A DNA stretch of 62,623 nt, filler included, from Choristocarpus tenellus KU-1152 (lineage: Eukaryota > Protista > Phaeophyceae): NCBI GenBank assembly GCA_964200185.2. It is 8 parts of 8 records of this genome, joined end to end, with 100 filler letters (N's around TTAATTAATTAA, not from the genome) between each part and the next. Parts side by side here need not be neighbours in the genome. Positions count along the whole stretch, not along the records: positions 1 to 3,851 come from CAXNAD020017576.1; positions 3,952 to 13,866 come from CAXNAD020003286.1; 6 more parts are not named here. One strand, 5' to 3'. Made by a program: the position numbers and the translations under genes. Position 1 is the stretch's first letter; each line of letters opens with the position of its first letter. The notes below the pieces were generated by a model. That model saw only the letters and a list, made by a program, of their open reading frames with translations. It was not told the DNA's origin and did not search any database. This document shows, piece after piece, positions 1 through 11,639 of this stretch.

Positions 1-98
1 TATCTATCCAACGTATGCAACCAAATGACACAAAAATCACGACATACAAAAATTGACCCCTAATGGACAGCCGCCACCCCCTCCCAGATACTTTGAGC
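1..98 (+). mobile_element. MITE family A, partial copy (TIR end CCCAGATACTTTG)
   Basis: Matches 38116-38286, 58452-58620 and, reversed, 23792-23859 and 62559-62623 (AAAAATCRCGACATRMAAAAATTGACCCC..AATGGACAGCCGCCACCCCCTCCCAGATACTTTG). Confidence 0.75.
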
Positions 99-100
99 CA

Positions 101-260
101 CAATTAAATCAAAGTAGTTGAATTCAAATCAACAAAACCTATACAAATTCCATTCATAATTCTGATGTACTTTCTCATTAGTTACATCACATGGACTTAA
201 TCAAAATGACTATCTTTCCTACAGAAAATAAGGTACACCTCACTATTGTCCTATTTTACA
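101..260 (+). repeat. Dispersed repeat, copy 1 (copy 2 reversed at about 34810-34970)
   Basis: CAATTAAATCAAAGTAGTTGAATTCAAATCAACAAAACCTATAC...CACCTCACTATTGTCCTATTTT recurs as a reverse complement near 34810-34970. Confidence 0.8.
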
Positions 261-429
261 CACTCCCCCATGAGAGTGGAGGCAATGAAAGAGTTGCTGG
301 AACTCTCAAACCTAATACCTCTTATTGTGCACACTCCCATTCTCCACATTTCCCCATGAAAAATGGAATTAAAAGACGTCAGATTGGTTCAATTCTCACA
401 CACATCACATTTATCTTGTCAACGCAATA

Positions 430-1500
430 GAAGAACACTGAATGCTTGAACTCAGACATAAGTCATTCATCTAGTCAACACAGTGACGTACAATCGAGTC
501 CCATGATGACCCCTCGCTTAGTTTATGGTTAAAAATTTGAACCAGTCCCCTTTTGCTGTTTCTCTTGTTGGACATAGCACTCACTCCCCCAGGCTTGAAG
601 CCTATCATAATTGAATGTCTTGTACATCCTCTTGTTGAGTGAAGTCCTTTGCTAACTACCTTCCTCGCCAGGGTGCCTCTGATATGGAAGATGGTTCTTG
701 ATGGTCTGGAGTAGATCTTATATACTTCCCGGACTTACAAGTCTTGTACAGGCAGCCCTTTGCTGACAAGCTTCCTCTGGTTTTCTTTTCTGGGTCCAGC
801 TAATTCCTCCGACTGTTAAGGCGGTGTCGCTCTCCTCACCCGACAAACGATCTGAAGGTTTCCGTTACCTCCACAGTTGTAGCATATTCCTTTAAAAGAA
901 CAAGGATCAATATGCTTGATCGGTCCACAGTTTAAACATCTTCTGTTGGTCCTGATCTCGTCTCTGGTAGGGGATCTTGTCGTAATATGATCCGTACGTT
1001 GACCAGTTGTACCTTGGCCAGCTCTTCGGCTGACCTTCTGTGTTCTCTTCCATGAGTTTATGGTCCCAGCGGCTAGAGTGCTTCCAGGCTCCCCACGGTT
1101 AGGTCCTCCTTTCCTTCCTGGCAGAGGCTTAGTTACTGCTCTTGCTAATGTCCTGCTCCCCTAGTGGCGGATACAGCAATTGCTTTTTTCATTCCGTAAG
1201 CAAGAATCTTGGGGTCTCCAATCGATGGGTGTGCCCCCTTCAGGGACAAAGTGTTGTGATCACAGCTCTAGGTCCATAGGTAGATTCTTGTAGCTCAGAT
1301 TCAGGCTCAGGTTCAGGATTGCAGCTCTGGCTGCATTGCCTCGATTAACTCTGTCATCTTGTCCCAGGGTCCCACTGCTCAATATTCGGCATGGCATACC
1401 AGGTACCCAAAGTATCTTCTTGACCTCCAGTTCTTGCTTGTTATCGATCGTGCCATATCTCATGTCTCCTTAGCCTCCAGCTTCCATTTTTGTCAAAGGT
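430..1500 (-). mobile_element. Degenerate Ty1/copia pol remnant (post-protease region to integrase C-terminal SH3-like region)
   Basis: Minus-strand peptides ELEVKKILWVPGMPCRILSSGTL (copia VLxVPxLxxNLLS motif) and YDRLQAWGSECYVQ (copia LRxFGCxxYV motif); many stops and frameshifts. Confidence 0.6.
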
Positions 1501-1926
1501 GCAAGTCCACTTTGTTGGGACAACGATGATGATACTATTCTGACAGAAGCTACCACCGAGCGAATATAAGAATTGACATTATTTGATGATTGACCTCTTT
1601 GTACGAATATCTCAGCCGTGCCCGAGATATCGTTTGTTGCGATCTGTCCCCCCCCCCCACCCTGTCAAATACGCCGATCTGCATTTATCTATTTTCTCGG
1701 GCAAGTTGTTGGACTTGTAACACATCACAGTGGGCAAACGGGGCAAGGGGTAGGTGGGAAGCAGTCGCGGGACACACGCGGTAGGCAGTAGTGAGCAACA
1801 TGTTGCTGTCGACAGAAAGACCACGAGGGATAAAAAGTATCAACAGCGAAAAGATCAACAATTGGCTGACTGACGATGAACCAAACAAAGGAAACTAGGT
1901 AACAACTTGGTAGATCAGAAGAGTCA

Positions 1927-2406
1927 TCAGGCGATCATGGAATAACGACAACACTTCATCACCCCACTGTTGGCAATTAGCCTCTCTTCTGCTTGGTTGA
2001 ACTCCATGTAGACCCGCATCACGAAAGCACGTTCGGGATCAAACTCTCTCTTCAGCACCGTTATTCTATGGTTTCCGTCCAGTGTACGTCCTTGAATATC
2101 AAGCGCGGTTTCGGCGGTGAGCTGGTCCCCATTACCTAAAGAGCCTCGCTGGGTTACCACAGATGGAGCAAACTGCTCCGGCCAGCCTTTCTCGTGAATA
2201 GACTTGCTGACGCGCGCAAGGCCACGCTTGCTCAGTGGACGCACCATCTCCATGCATGTGATGTTGCCGAGTTTCATCCGGTACGTGTCGAGGTAGTGAT
2301 GTTCTAGGAGCGAGGACATGCCCTTCAGATCGTTGTCCCACGTTCTCGATCCGTGGGCAGCGCCATCGGCAGGTGGGTGGGTTGTTGTTGAGCGAATGCT
2401 ATACAT
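1927..2406 (-). CDS. ParB/sulfiredoxin-like N-terminal domain protein (may continue in lost or unrecognised downstream exons)
   Basis: 159-aa GC-rich ORF with ParBc-like pattern VRPLSKRGLARVSKSIHEKGW..FAPSVV..TLDGNHRITVL..FVMRVY; a possible GT donor follows LIAN. Confidence 0.6.
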   Translation of the reverse strand: MYSIRSTTTHPPADGAAHGSRTWDNDLKGMSSLLEHHYLDTYRMKLGNITCMEMVRPLSKRGLARVSKSIHEKGWPEQFAPSVVTQRGSLGNGDQLTAETALDIQGRTLDGNHRITVLKREFDPERAFVMRVYMEFNQAEERLIANSGVMKCCRYSMIA

Positions 2407-2507
2407 GGCGAAGGTTGGGAGGGTGTGACGGGGATGGGTAAATAACAGGTGCGCGTGGTATGTACTGAAGGGAATGAATTGAAATAAGGACTGAGGGATG
2501 GGAGGTC

Positions 2508-2965
2508 CTGCTTTATTTCATCTGGTCATTGGGTCCTCAAAATCAGATTTGTCTTTCCCTTGACAATTGTGTTATAAGAAATACGAATATCGAACAGCAT
2601 ACGATTTTATGTTGGAAAGAGACAGAGAGTAACAGTTTTTTGTGACCTTTTCGTTTCGTACCTTTTAAACGTATTGGATCGATGAAGGATGTGGTTTGTA
2701 ATTGTATTTGTTGATGTAAAGGTTACACTATTATTATTATTTCGGTGCTGCTTTATTTCATCTGGTCGGTCGGTCCTCAAAACTCAGATTTGTCTTTCCC
2801 TTGACAATTGTGTTATAAAAAATACGAATATCGAACAGCATACGATTTTATATTGGAAAGAGACAGAGAGTAACAGTTTTTTGTGACATTTTCGTTTCGT
2901 ACCTTTCAAACCTATTAGATCGATGAAGGATGTGGTTTGTATCTGTATTTCTTGATGAAAAGATT
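2508..2965. repeat. Direct tandem duplication, two units of about 240 bp
   Basis: CTGCTTTATTTCATCTGGTC...GGAAAGAGACAGAGAGTAACAG...GATCGATGAAGGATGTGGTTTGTA starts at about 2508 and again at about 2748. Confidence 0.9.
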
Positions 2966-3437
2966 AGAATATCATTCTAATTTTGTAAAAACTCTAACGC
3001 ACATGTTTTGGGTGTTCAACGGTAAACAAGATCCGCGGGAATCTTTAATATCATAGATCCGCTTTTTTGTGGTCTCTAGTGTTTATTTAAATACTAAAGA
3101 CGCCAAAAAGCGGATGTAGTATTTAAATAAATAGTGGGTACCAGTTGGAAGTGTCCTTTTAGTTTCTGAAAATTGGAAACGTGTGAGACCCATAAAGTGC
3201 GTTCTTGGTATTTTTAAAAACCCTAAGAACGGTATTACTGGATTTACTATTTTATAAAACCCTAACGCACGTGTAAAGTGGATCTTCAGGTATTCGAGAT
3301 CCGTGCTGATCAGTTTTACCCAAAGAACCACTTTTTATCACCTCTACAATTTACAAGAATCCAAATGTCCGATTTGGTAAGACTTTGTACTTCAAATATG
3401 TAGAGGGTTAGGGTTGTTTTTTGACGTTTTGGTTACT

Positions 3438-3775
3438 GAACATTGGAAATATACAAGATGAATGAAATATGTGCATTGTATTTTAAACAATTTGTAAGTA
3501 CGGATATAATCGGATTTACAACTTCCTAAAAACATAATACACGGTTTTTCAGGATCATGGATCTCAGGGTGGTCCCACGAATAGCCCAGTGCTCAAACAA
3601 AATTGGTTTCGGAACATTGGAAAATCACAAGATCAATCAAGTATGTGCTTTGTATTTTAAACAATTTGTAAGTACGGATATAATAGGATTTACAACTTCC
3701 TAAAACCGTAATGCACGGATTTTCAGGATCATGGATCTCAGGGTGGTCCGACGGATCGCGCGGAGCTCAAACAAA
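3438..3775. repeat. Direct tandem duplication, two units of about 175 bp
   Basis: GAACATTGGAAA..TTGTATTTTAAACAATTTGTAAGTACGGATATAAT..CAGGATCATGGATCTCAGGGTGGTCC..GCTCAAACAAA occurs twice. Confidence 0.9.
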
Positions 3776-3851
3776 GTTAATACGCCCAGCTTCAAATCTC
3801 ATCACTCCTAGACCTTCTCACTGCCCAAGACCACCTGTTGCCCGAAAACAC

Positions 3852-3951
3852 NNNNNNNNNNNNNNNNNNNNNNNNNNNNNNNNNNNNNNNNNNNNTTAAT
3901 TAATTAANNNNNNNNNNNNNNNNNNNNNNNNNNNNNNNNNNNNNNNNNNNN
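3852..3951. other. Artificial contig linker; identical linkers at 13867-13966, 23860-23959, 28166-28265, 31687-31786, 36321-36420, 41959-42058
   Basis: 100-bp N runs with a central TTAATTAATTAA (stop codons in all six frames), seven occurrences. Confidence 0.97.
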
Positions 3952-4577
3952 CATATGTATATAGTTTTCATTGGTTTTCCCCTGACACATCTGCAAAATG
4001 TCAGAGGGCATAATAATATAATATACGTTATACTTTGATAATGTCTTATAGATGTTTAAGGTAATAGTAGATCAGAGATTAGAATAGAAAAATGTCATGA
4101 TGTTTTATTTTCATTATGTGTTATATCTTAAAGATAATAATAGATATGAAGAGAATAGAACAGAAAAAGTCTGCGTATGTTTCTCAATATCTTGCTGATA
4201 TCACTGTTGAACAGTGGAGAAAATACCTTTTTGTACTACATATTAATCAATTAATTCACTATTTTTATTAGTGGATTTCTATCAAACGTCGTCATCTACC
4301 ACACATATGGACACATATTGGAGATACAATTCACCGTTCCACTTCAAGATCAATCTTCAATCCTAGAACAGAAACTTCACCATTTGAATGCTTGTGGTCA
4401 GATGAATGTATGTAGTGTTGAATTTTAGGACAGGGGACTAGAGGGACTTAGGTACACTGTTTTGGAAAGGGAAATACCAGTCATATTTAAGAGAGCGAAT
4501 AACTTGGGTGGGTCGAAACTTGTGGGGGGAATAACAAATCGTCCAACGGTCCTCGTCAATCCAAGACAATACAAGAT

Positions 4578-6762
4578 ATGCTAGCTAGAGCTGGACACCA
4601 TGCAGAATTTACTACGCTTTTGATGTTCGTGGAAGTAGGCAACTTGAAGAAGCTCAAAGGCAAACTCTTGTCCCTAAATGTAAGCTCAACGGACGGTTGT
4701 TGCGAAACAAACAAAATAGTACAGTAGTCGATTATATTGGGTGACTTTGAACTACTTTATTGGGGTGTGAAGTCTGTGCTCCGGAGAAGTCTCGTCGCGT
4801 CTGTGTACCATTGGTCTCCACCTCATTTTGCGAAGCCCTCAATCAACGATTTTCATCCGTAAAAGGGGAGACATCGGAAGTTGGCCTTGGCCCTGAGGGA
4901 AGCCAATGAGGGTGGAACTCTACTCTTGCACGCTGCGGCAGGCAGGAGTCTTCCAGTCTTCGAGTGTATCAAGGACACCATCGTGGACAAACTCGACGGC
5001 CTGGATGAACAGTTGCGCTATGTCGATGCAAATGGCATGAATCTTCTTGCGCATGCCACCAACGGCCAATCTCTGGAAGTCTTTCAGGCCGTGTGGGTTC
5101 TCCTTAGAGACAAACACTACCTAGAGAAGCAAATCGAACGCTGCCAAGCTCTCATACCATCTGTTGTCCAACAGGGGCATGATGCAGAGGAAAAATTGAT
5201 GTGCGTCCTTCAAAAACTAAAGGTGAGCGATTCTAAGTGTCCTTGTTATCATCATACATAATTGTACTTTGAAGTACTGGGGTACAGTTTTATCTCCCTA
5301 CTTGCGACCCTCCTGTGTACATTTGGTTGTAGTAACTGGCCGACAGAGGTTAGGTCGATACTCCCACGTGAAAATGCATCGGGATACCTGCAGCACTGTA
5401 GTGATGCTTAGGTACATCCTATATTAGAAAAATGTACTTTCAAAGGCTAAAAAGACAAGAAACTGTTACAGTACTGAGTGGGCAGTCTATCTCTAGTGAA
5501 GGCACGACAGGAGTCCTTCGCTCTTTATCCTCTTCTGCCCCTTAAGTCTTGAAATAGAGAGTAAACTGAGTAGGAGAAGTAGTGGTCGCGTTTCGCGAAA
5601 GAACGGATGATAAGAAATACTCAAAGTACAATATAATTGTTGGCAGGAAGCAGAACGTGACCACCACCTGGACCAGGCCAATCGTTTGAAATTGTTGCGG
5701 AAAAGGACAACATACAATCGAGCTGACACAGTCTGGGATGCCAGCCCTTTGGCCCTCGCCGCAGCAGTGTCCACAGGAACGGCCAAAATGTTTACTAAAA
5801 TCAAAGAAGATCTCTTGGAGGTGAGCTGGCAATACCATTTCCTGCCAAAATCTAGTATCGAATACTATGGTTTGTTTTGATATGATATCAGATCTACTTA
5901 TCACCTGCTATAATTACTGCAACACTAGAAATCTCACGTCAGGTGTTTGCTTGTTTGTCGTGAGATAAACAGAAGAGGAGTTGGTTGGATATCAACATTA
6001 CACCCCATTGCAAATGTTCACAGTGCTGTGAGGGAGACAAAATGATCAAAGAAGAGCTGCTACTGAGGATGAGTCAAGGTCGATGTACAGGCAACGTTCT
6101 CCTGACGCCCTTGCTGGGTGCAGTATTGAGCTGTGAGGCCACCATGTTTGATGCAGTGGTCAATGCTACTTCAGAAGTCATGAAGCCTTTTATTAGGCAA
6201 GAGCTTGTCGAGGAGGTTAGTTTATAGGTCCTAGCTCACACAAAACAGATCTGTCAAATCTGATCCAATGGCAAGGAGGATCCTTGTGGATGAAGCTGCC
6301 CTGTCCAACCACTTTTTGCCTGAAGTAAGGAGAGGAGAGCAAGATCGGTTACTCGATCAGATTAGGGTGAACAAAGAGTGTTATATGTCGAGATATTGTT
6401 GACAGAGGCCGGCCCCTGTGAGACCCCAAATGGTTCAAAGATACGTAATTGCCCTACTTTTTCTTCGGCAGACTAAATTCCTTCTCAACAACTCGGCGAA
6501 GAAATTACTGTTATAGTAGGTGATGCAATTTTGGGACCTGGCAAAACGTGACTTTCCCCTTTGGCGGTTCTGTTGAACATGGCAATTGTTGTTATGGTTG
6601 CTGGTCTTTCGTACGACATGCCCTCAGGTTGAGAGGCAGGTTACAGAAAGTTTTGACTCAGGGGAAGTGACTGTTGATAACCTTGAAGTGAACCCCGGTC
6701 AGAATGGCGCAAGCATAACAATGATCAATATCAGAGGATTCGGAGTCGTTGGCACCATCAAG
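4578..6762 (+). CDS. Multi-exon ankyrin-repeat-like protein, partial (exons about 4578-4679, 4866-5222, 5647-5820, 6024-6215, uncertain 6235-6324, 6628-6762)
   Basis: Phase-0 GT-AG junctions join in frame for the first four exons; ankyrin-like motifs GGTLLLHAAAGRSLPVF, DANGMNLLAHATNGQSLEVF, SPLALAAA, LTPLLGAV. No 3' end found, and the junction near 6216-6235 is unresolved. Confidence 0.6.
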
Positions 6763-7177
6763 GTGAGTTAGAGAAGGGGCAGGATTTGAGGATCATAGAT
6801 TTTTACTAGTTTAAGATATTTGGAACAGAGAGAAGAAGTGCATGCAAGCGAGGAGGTGGTGCTGGAAGTTATTGGATGCTCCTCCCTGATCTTTGCATGT
6901 AACTAACCCATTGGTCAACCCATTGGTCATACAGTTGCTGAGTTGATTGTTTGAGTCTACAACTAATATCATCTATGCTTACTGTCTCTTTTTGGTCAGT
7001 TACAATTTTCCCTTCAAACCTCAAACTTCATTGAAAACCCTCTTGTATCTTTCTCCACATGAATTTGATGGTGATCTGTAATCAAATGATCCTAATAGAC
7101 TAGACTATACCTAACATGCGAATGGGATTCACAAGAGTGGAATTGGTATAATGCCACGATGTAGTGCACAATTTTTT

Positions 7178-7423
7178 TTATACCTCCGCAGCTAGGATAA
7201 ACCTAATAAAATTACTTTTTGTATTTAATATAATCCATCCATAAAAAGTGATTGCACTGCTCATATGCACACTTGGGAATGCATATCCTTGAATATTCAA
7301 ATGTGTAGCTAGGGGGACCTGGAAAAGAGATTTTAAAAATGAATTTAAAATCATTATAAACATTAGTAGAATTGTTGAATGACCAAAAATTTTCCTATAC
7401 AGAAATGATATCCTGGCAGACAA
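7178..7423 (-). pseudogene. Fragment of a bacterial (Rickettsiaceae-like) PAP2 family phosphatase
   Basis: RKIFGHSTILLMFIMILNSFLKSLFQVPLATHLNIQGYAFPSVHMSSAITFYGW: PAP2 motif 1 and motif 2 (PSGH altered to PSVH); motif 3 absent; AT-rich and intronless. Confidence 0.7.
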
Positions 7424-7449
7424 TATGCACTAGTTAAGATACGTAAACT

Positions 7450-10400
7450 AGAGCACCTTCTTGTAGCCAAATTATTCCTGTGTCGGATGTGTAGGAAAGT
7501 TTACTCTGTAGCAGTCCATAGCACCAAGAGGTTGACATGCAGGGCTGTATTTGTCATACATGGGTACAACTCCCTGATCGCCATCACCTTGTCTCATATA
7601 TATACCAAAATCGTCAAAAATGATAAGCTCTGTGAATGTCTACTGAGCAACCGCTCAACATATGATATGCCTGGGGAAGATAGCTGGGAATACAAAATAT
7701 GTGATAGAGGAGGAGAAGATTATCATAAAAGCTGATCCTGTTTTGAAGACTGCAGAATTGGTCAAACATTTCATGGGTTGTTTCCGACATGCTGGGTACC
7801 TTCAATATGATTTGGTTTAACCAACTGATAACTCTAATAGTTTCGATAAATCTTCTAATAGAATGAGTGATTGAAATTCAAGCGTTGTTGATCTCTGGCT
7901 TGCATTATTTCCACAACAGATTTGGTAGAGCATGGGGCTTTCTGATAGGATACATGCTTTTGAAAAGGGAGAAGGGAGATGAGGGGTCTAATCTGAACAA
8001 TATTTCGTGGCACAGATCCTTCTGTCCATTACTTTCTTAGGCATGAATTTACATTTGGTAGTGGAACGGGATCTTTCATTGCTAGAACAGAACATCGAAC
8101 GAGGTGCAGGTATGATTACATTTCTTCTACAGGAAGGTGTGGAATCTTCACTCGCCTAGGGTGAGCCATGACTACTATTTTAGTATCATTTGTGTCTATA
8201 GGTAGCTGCCGAGATTGTTGAGTATAATAATTTCATTAGTCCTTGAAGTTCAAAGAGATTCCAAAGTAGTGTCAGAGGTTTGCGACAACAATGTAATTAG
8301 TAATGACTCATCGTGAGCAATGTTTGGAGAATTCGATTAATGTAATAAGTAGCTGATGCCTGCGGTAGTACCTACAATTTATTTTTGATCCCTTGTCCGC
8401 GCAATTAATCTGGAATAGACAAGAAGTGCTTCAAGTACCTTGACTTACATTGTGAACGCAAGATGATGAGGATCCTTTGAGTAGTCAAGTCCCCTGAGTA
8501 CTGTTCAACATCAGCATGTATAGGTGCCATTAATGAATATTTGAGTCACTCCTTATGTCAATTGGATATCGATAAAGTACTTGGGTGCCAATGGTGTCAT
8601 CATGTGTAGGGTTCACTTTCCGTGTGAGTTCAGGGCGAAGGTCATTTGAGACATGCGAAAACCAAAGTGACACCAGGACCCTAGGAGTTGTGCTTGGTGC
8701 TTGTTGAACAGTACGATCTGATCCTTCATGGTCTAATATAATGCAATTACAACATTGTCTTCATATTCTTGCACCTATTTTTGGGCGTCCCACGACACTT
8801 CAAGTGTTTAGTATCTTATTTCATTGCCGAGATGTCACACCTAACACACGATAATTCTGATTTTCACTTCTACTCCTATCCGATTGCTGCTTGGGGGAGG
8901 TTGTGTGTGGACTATTTTCGTGTGCATCACAAACATAAGCCTGAGCACCCCCTGGCCAAGTAGGTGTTAGTGCTCTTCCAATTTGGCACTTGGTCCATAA
9001 GTGACAACGATAAGATGTGAGAGCTACAATTTGTCATGCATGATCTGACATTGATACCGTCCCCATACTTGTGCCTTTTTCTCAAGCTGTATTCAATATA
9101 TCTGTGCTTGCCTAAGTAATATGATGCATACTGACATTGTACATGTCACAGGCAACAATAAGCAATGAGGGGTTGACCTGGGACTATTTTGTGCAGCCTC
9201 AGCAATTGGAGCGTCCACCTCTTCCTGGTCAAAGCACTCCCGGACTCAGCAGGTATCCATTACACTATGTGGCAAGGGAGATACCCACATGTCTGCGCTC
9301 AATATTGAATGCACCGATTTGTATGACCTGCTGCAGTTGGCTTATCTCATGTCCTGCTGGGTCTGTTCAAACGCATTGGACTACACTACATCTTTGTTTG
9401 ATAGCAGAGGGCTACAGGGCCCCGATTCGATCAGATTTTCAGTACAGAATGTCTATATTATCCTCTGTCCAGGCATTCAAGTCGCCCTCAAGCAGGTCTG
9501 AGGACAACTTGAATGCTAGGGGGATATCTCATGGAACAATCCAGGCAAAGTTGTAGCTATATGTTACCAAGTTTACCCTGCCCTTGACCCAACAGCGATT
9601 CTCTCCCATGTATTCCACTTCAAAGGGGAGGTATTGGAGTCTGGTCTCGACCCTCTTTGGCTTGGCAAGAAATCTTGGGGAAGCTGAGGACAATCGGGCA
9701 TAATAGTCAAGAGTCCATCGCTCTCATCCTGAAGTTGTTCACAAGGCAAGGCTGGGGTCATACCAGGTGGACGTGGACGAAACAAAGTAATCCTAACCAT
9801 AGGCCCAAAGTATCTGGAGGGGGTTGGTGACTGTACATTCAGGCCCCATTTTTCCATATAGCGATTTTGGGCGGTTTGGTTGCATGTGTCGGATGTGGAT
9901 AATGTAAATGCACTTCTCCTGGTCAGGGCCCGAATGGACACCTTGATGTAGACCCCCCCTCCCTCCGGATACTTTAGGTCATACAACTATATGATTGTTG
10001 GCAAAATCCTGTCGATTATCATTCAAAGAGAGAGAAAAATGTCTCGATTTATGCAGGTATCGTTGAATGATCAATTTCAAGCTTGTGCTTAAACATGCTC
10101 CCACCTAGGTTTGGTATCAAAATCTCAACCTTCACAATTTGGGCATTGCTGCATATTACTCTCAAATCGCTCAACCCTCCAGTCCACGTTTGTCATCAGT
10201 CATAGTGTCTTGAGCTACATAAACGTTCTTTGGTGGTTTTGTAACTTTGAGTAATGCCTAGCGTTCTTTCATGGGAAGGTTTTGGTGTAGAAAACTTCGT
10301 TAGATTTCTAAGCACAAATTCCTTACACTAATCCCACCACAGCGACGTACTCGTCAATCCCTTTCAAACATGGGCCGAACTGTCTGTGGAGATATTCTGG

Positions 10401-10950
10401 GCTTGTGAAGATGTCCCAAAGGACCGTGTGTACCTGAGGAGACTGAAGTCGAAGATTGATCATGTAATTCTGGAGGTGAGGCATCAATCTCATTGGGGTG
10501 AACTGTGCAAGCCTGGATCTCTGCTTCATTGAAGTAGGGTGAAACCGTAGTTATGTTAAGTATTGGAATCATCTTCAGGCACACTTGCTGCAATTTTTAT
10601 ATTTGTTATTTGAAAGGTACTTTCGTCCCCTTCTTAACGATATACCTCTTGATATTATTGTTTATTGCTTCACTTTAGTCTGCATTGCACACTGTACAAA
10701 TTCTCATACCGACTACTGTAACTGTTGCAATAAAACTAATTATACAGCCTCTGTTCGTGCCTTGCTTCTCACGAGTTGAGCTCTGCCATCCCACCATTCG
10801 TCACTCCATCTCCCTCGAATCCTGTGCTGGACTCCCCTCAGTGTCGCTCATCAATGAAGCCTTGCCACCTCATTCTTGATCTACTCTGTACGATCCATAA
10901 TGCCTGCCATGCGCATTCTTGAAAGTTGAAACCAGAATTCCATTAAAAGA
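7450..10950 (-). mobile_element. Highly degenerate APE-type LINE (putative ORF1, endonuclease and RT remnants)
   Basis: Minus-strand APE motifs LEGDLNAWTE (about 9490-9465) and SMSDHA (about 9045), KSPG linker motif (about 8680) and RT C-terminal remnant LPIDTNDTKIVVM (about 8190), in the expected order. Boundaries approximate. Confidence 0.65.
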
Positions 10951-11639
10951 AGTCTGGCATTGATGGGGTTCAAACCAGCTAAATTAATGGAGAGACACCT
11001 ATGTTTTGGGAGAGTGGAAAGATGCTGTGAATCACTGTTGTAGCCTTTAGGGTTAACAACAAATAATAACCCTGATATTGTACATACAGTTACCTTTCTA
11101 CTTATCCACCTACCTACCTACCTACCTACGGTACTTACAGGCATTAAATACTCAAGTAAATGGATTTTATATGGGGGTCCCTGTATTCATTCATGTGTCT
11201 AAGAAGCGTGTGCAAAAAAGGAACAAATGCGCAGTCTCTCATCTCACCCCTAAACAAGCATTTCTCTGTTGATTTTTAAAGAGTTATGCTCTAATCCTCA
11301 ATAATGTGTAAGTAGTGTATATACCATGTACATCATATGTTCGTAGGTATCTGAAGAATCGAAGCAGTGGATATTTGTAAGTGTTGTGAGGCGTACCTCC
11401 CTTTCCGTATCTGCTCTCACACCCTTTTGTTATTGGGTGGATGGTGGTAACCATTATCAAGGAAAATTTTGACCACAACAATGACTTTTCTGTACGCTGT
11501 CTGTCAGGTTCCGGGCCTGTGATGTTTTCATTATTATTTTAGAATTCCCTGTTGGACATTCTAAAGGTCAAAGTTGCTCACAGACCTCACAAATAAGATT
11601 TCGTTTAGTTCGATCACTAAATGTTTTACCAGGCTGATC

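Noticed and set aside
3896-3907. Palindromic TTAATTAATTAA recurring seven times
   Set aside because: Always centred in a 100-bp N spacer; an artificial six-frame stop linker.
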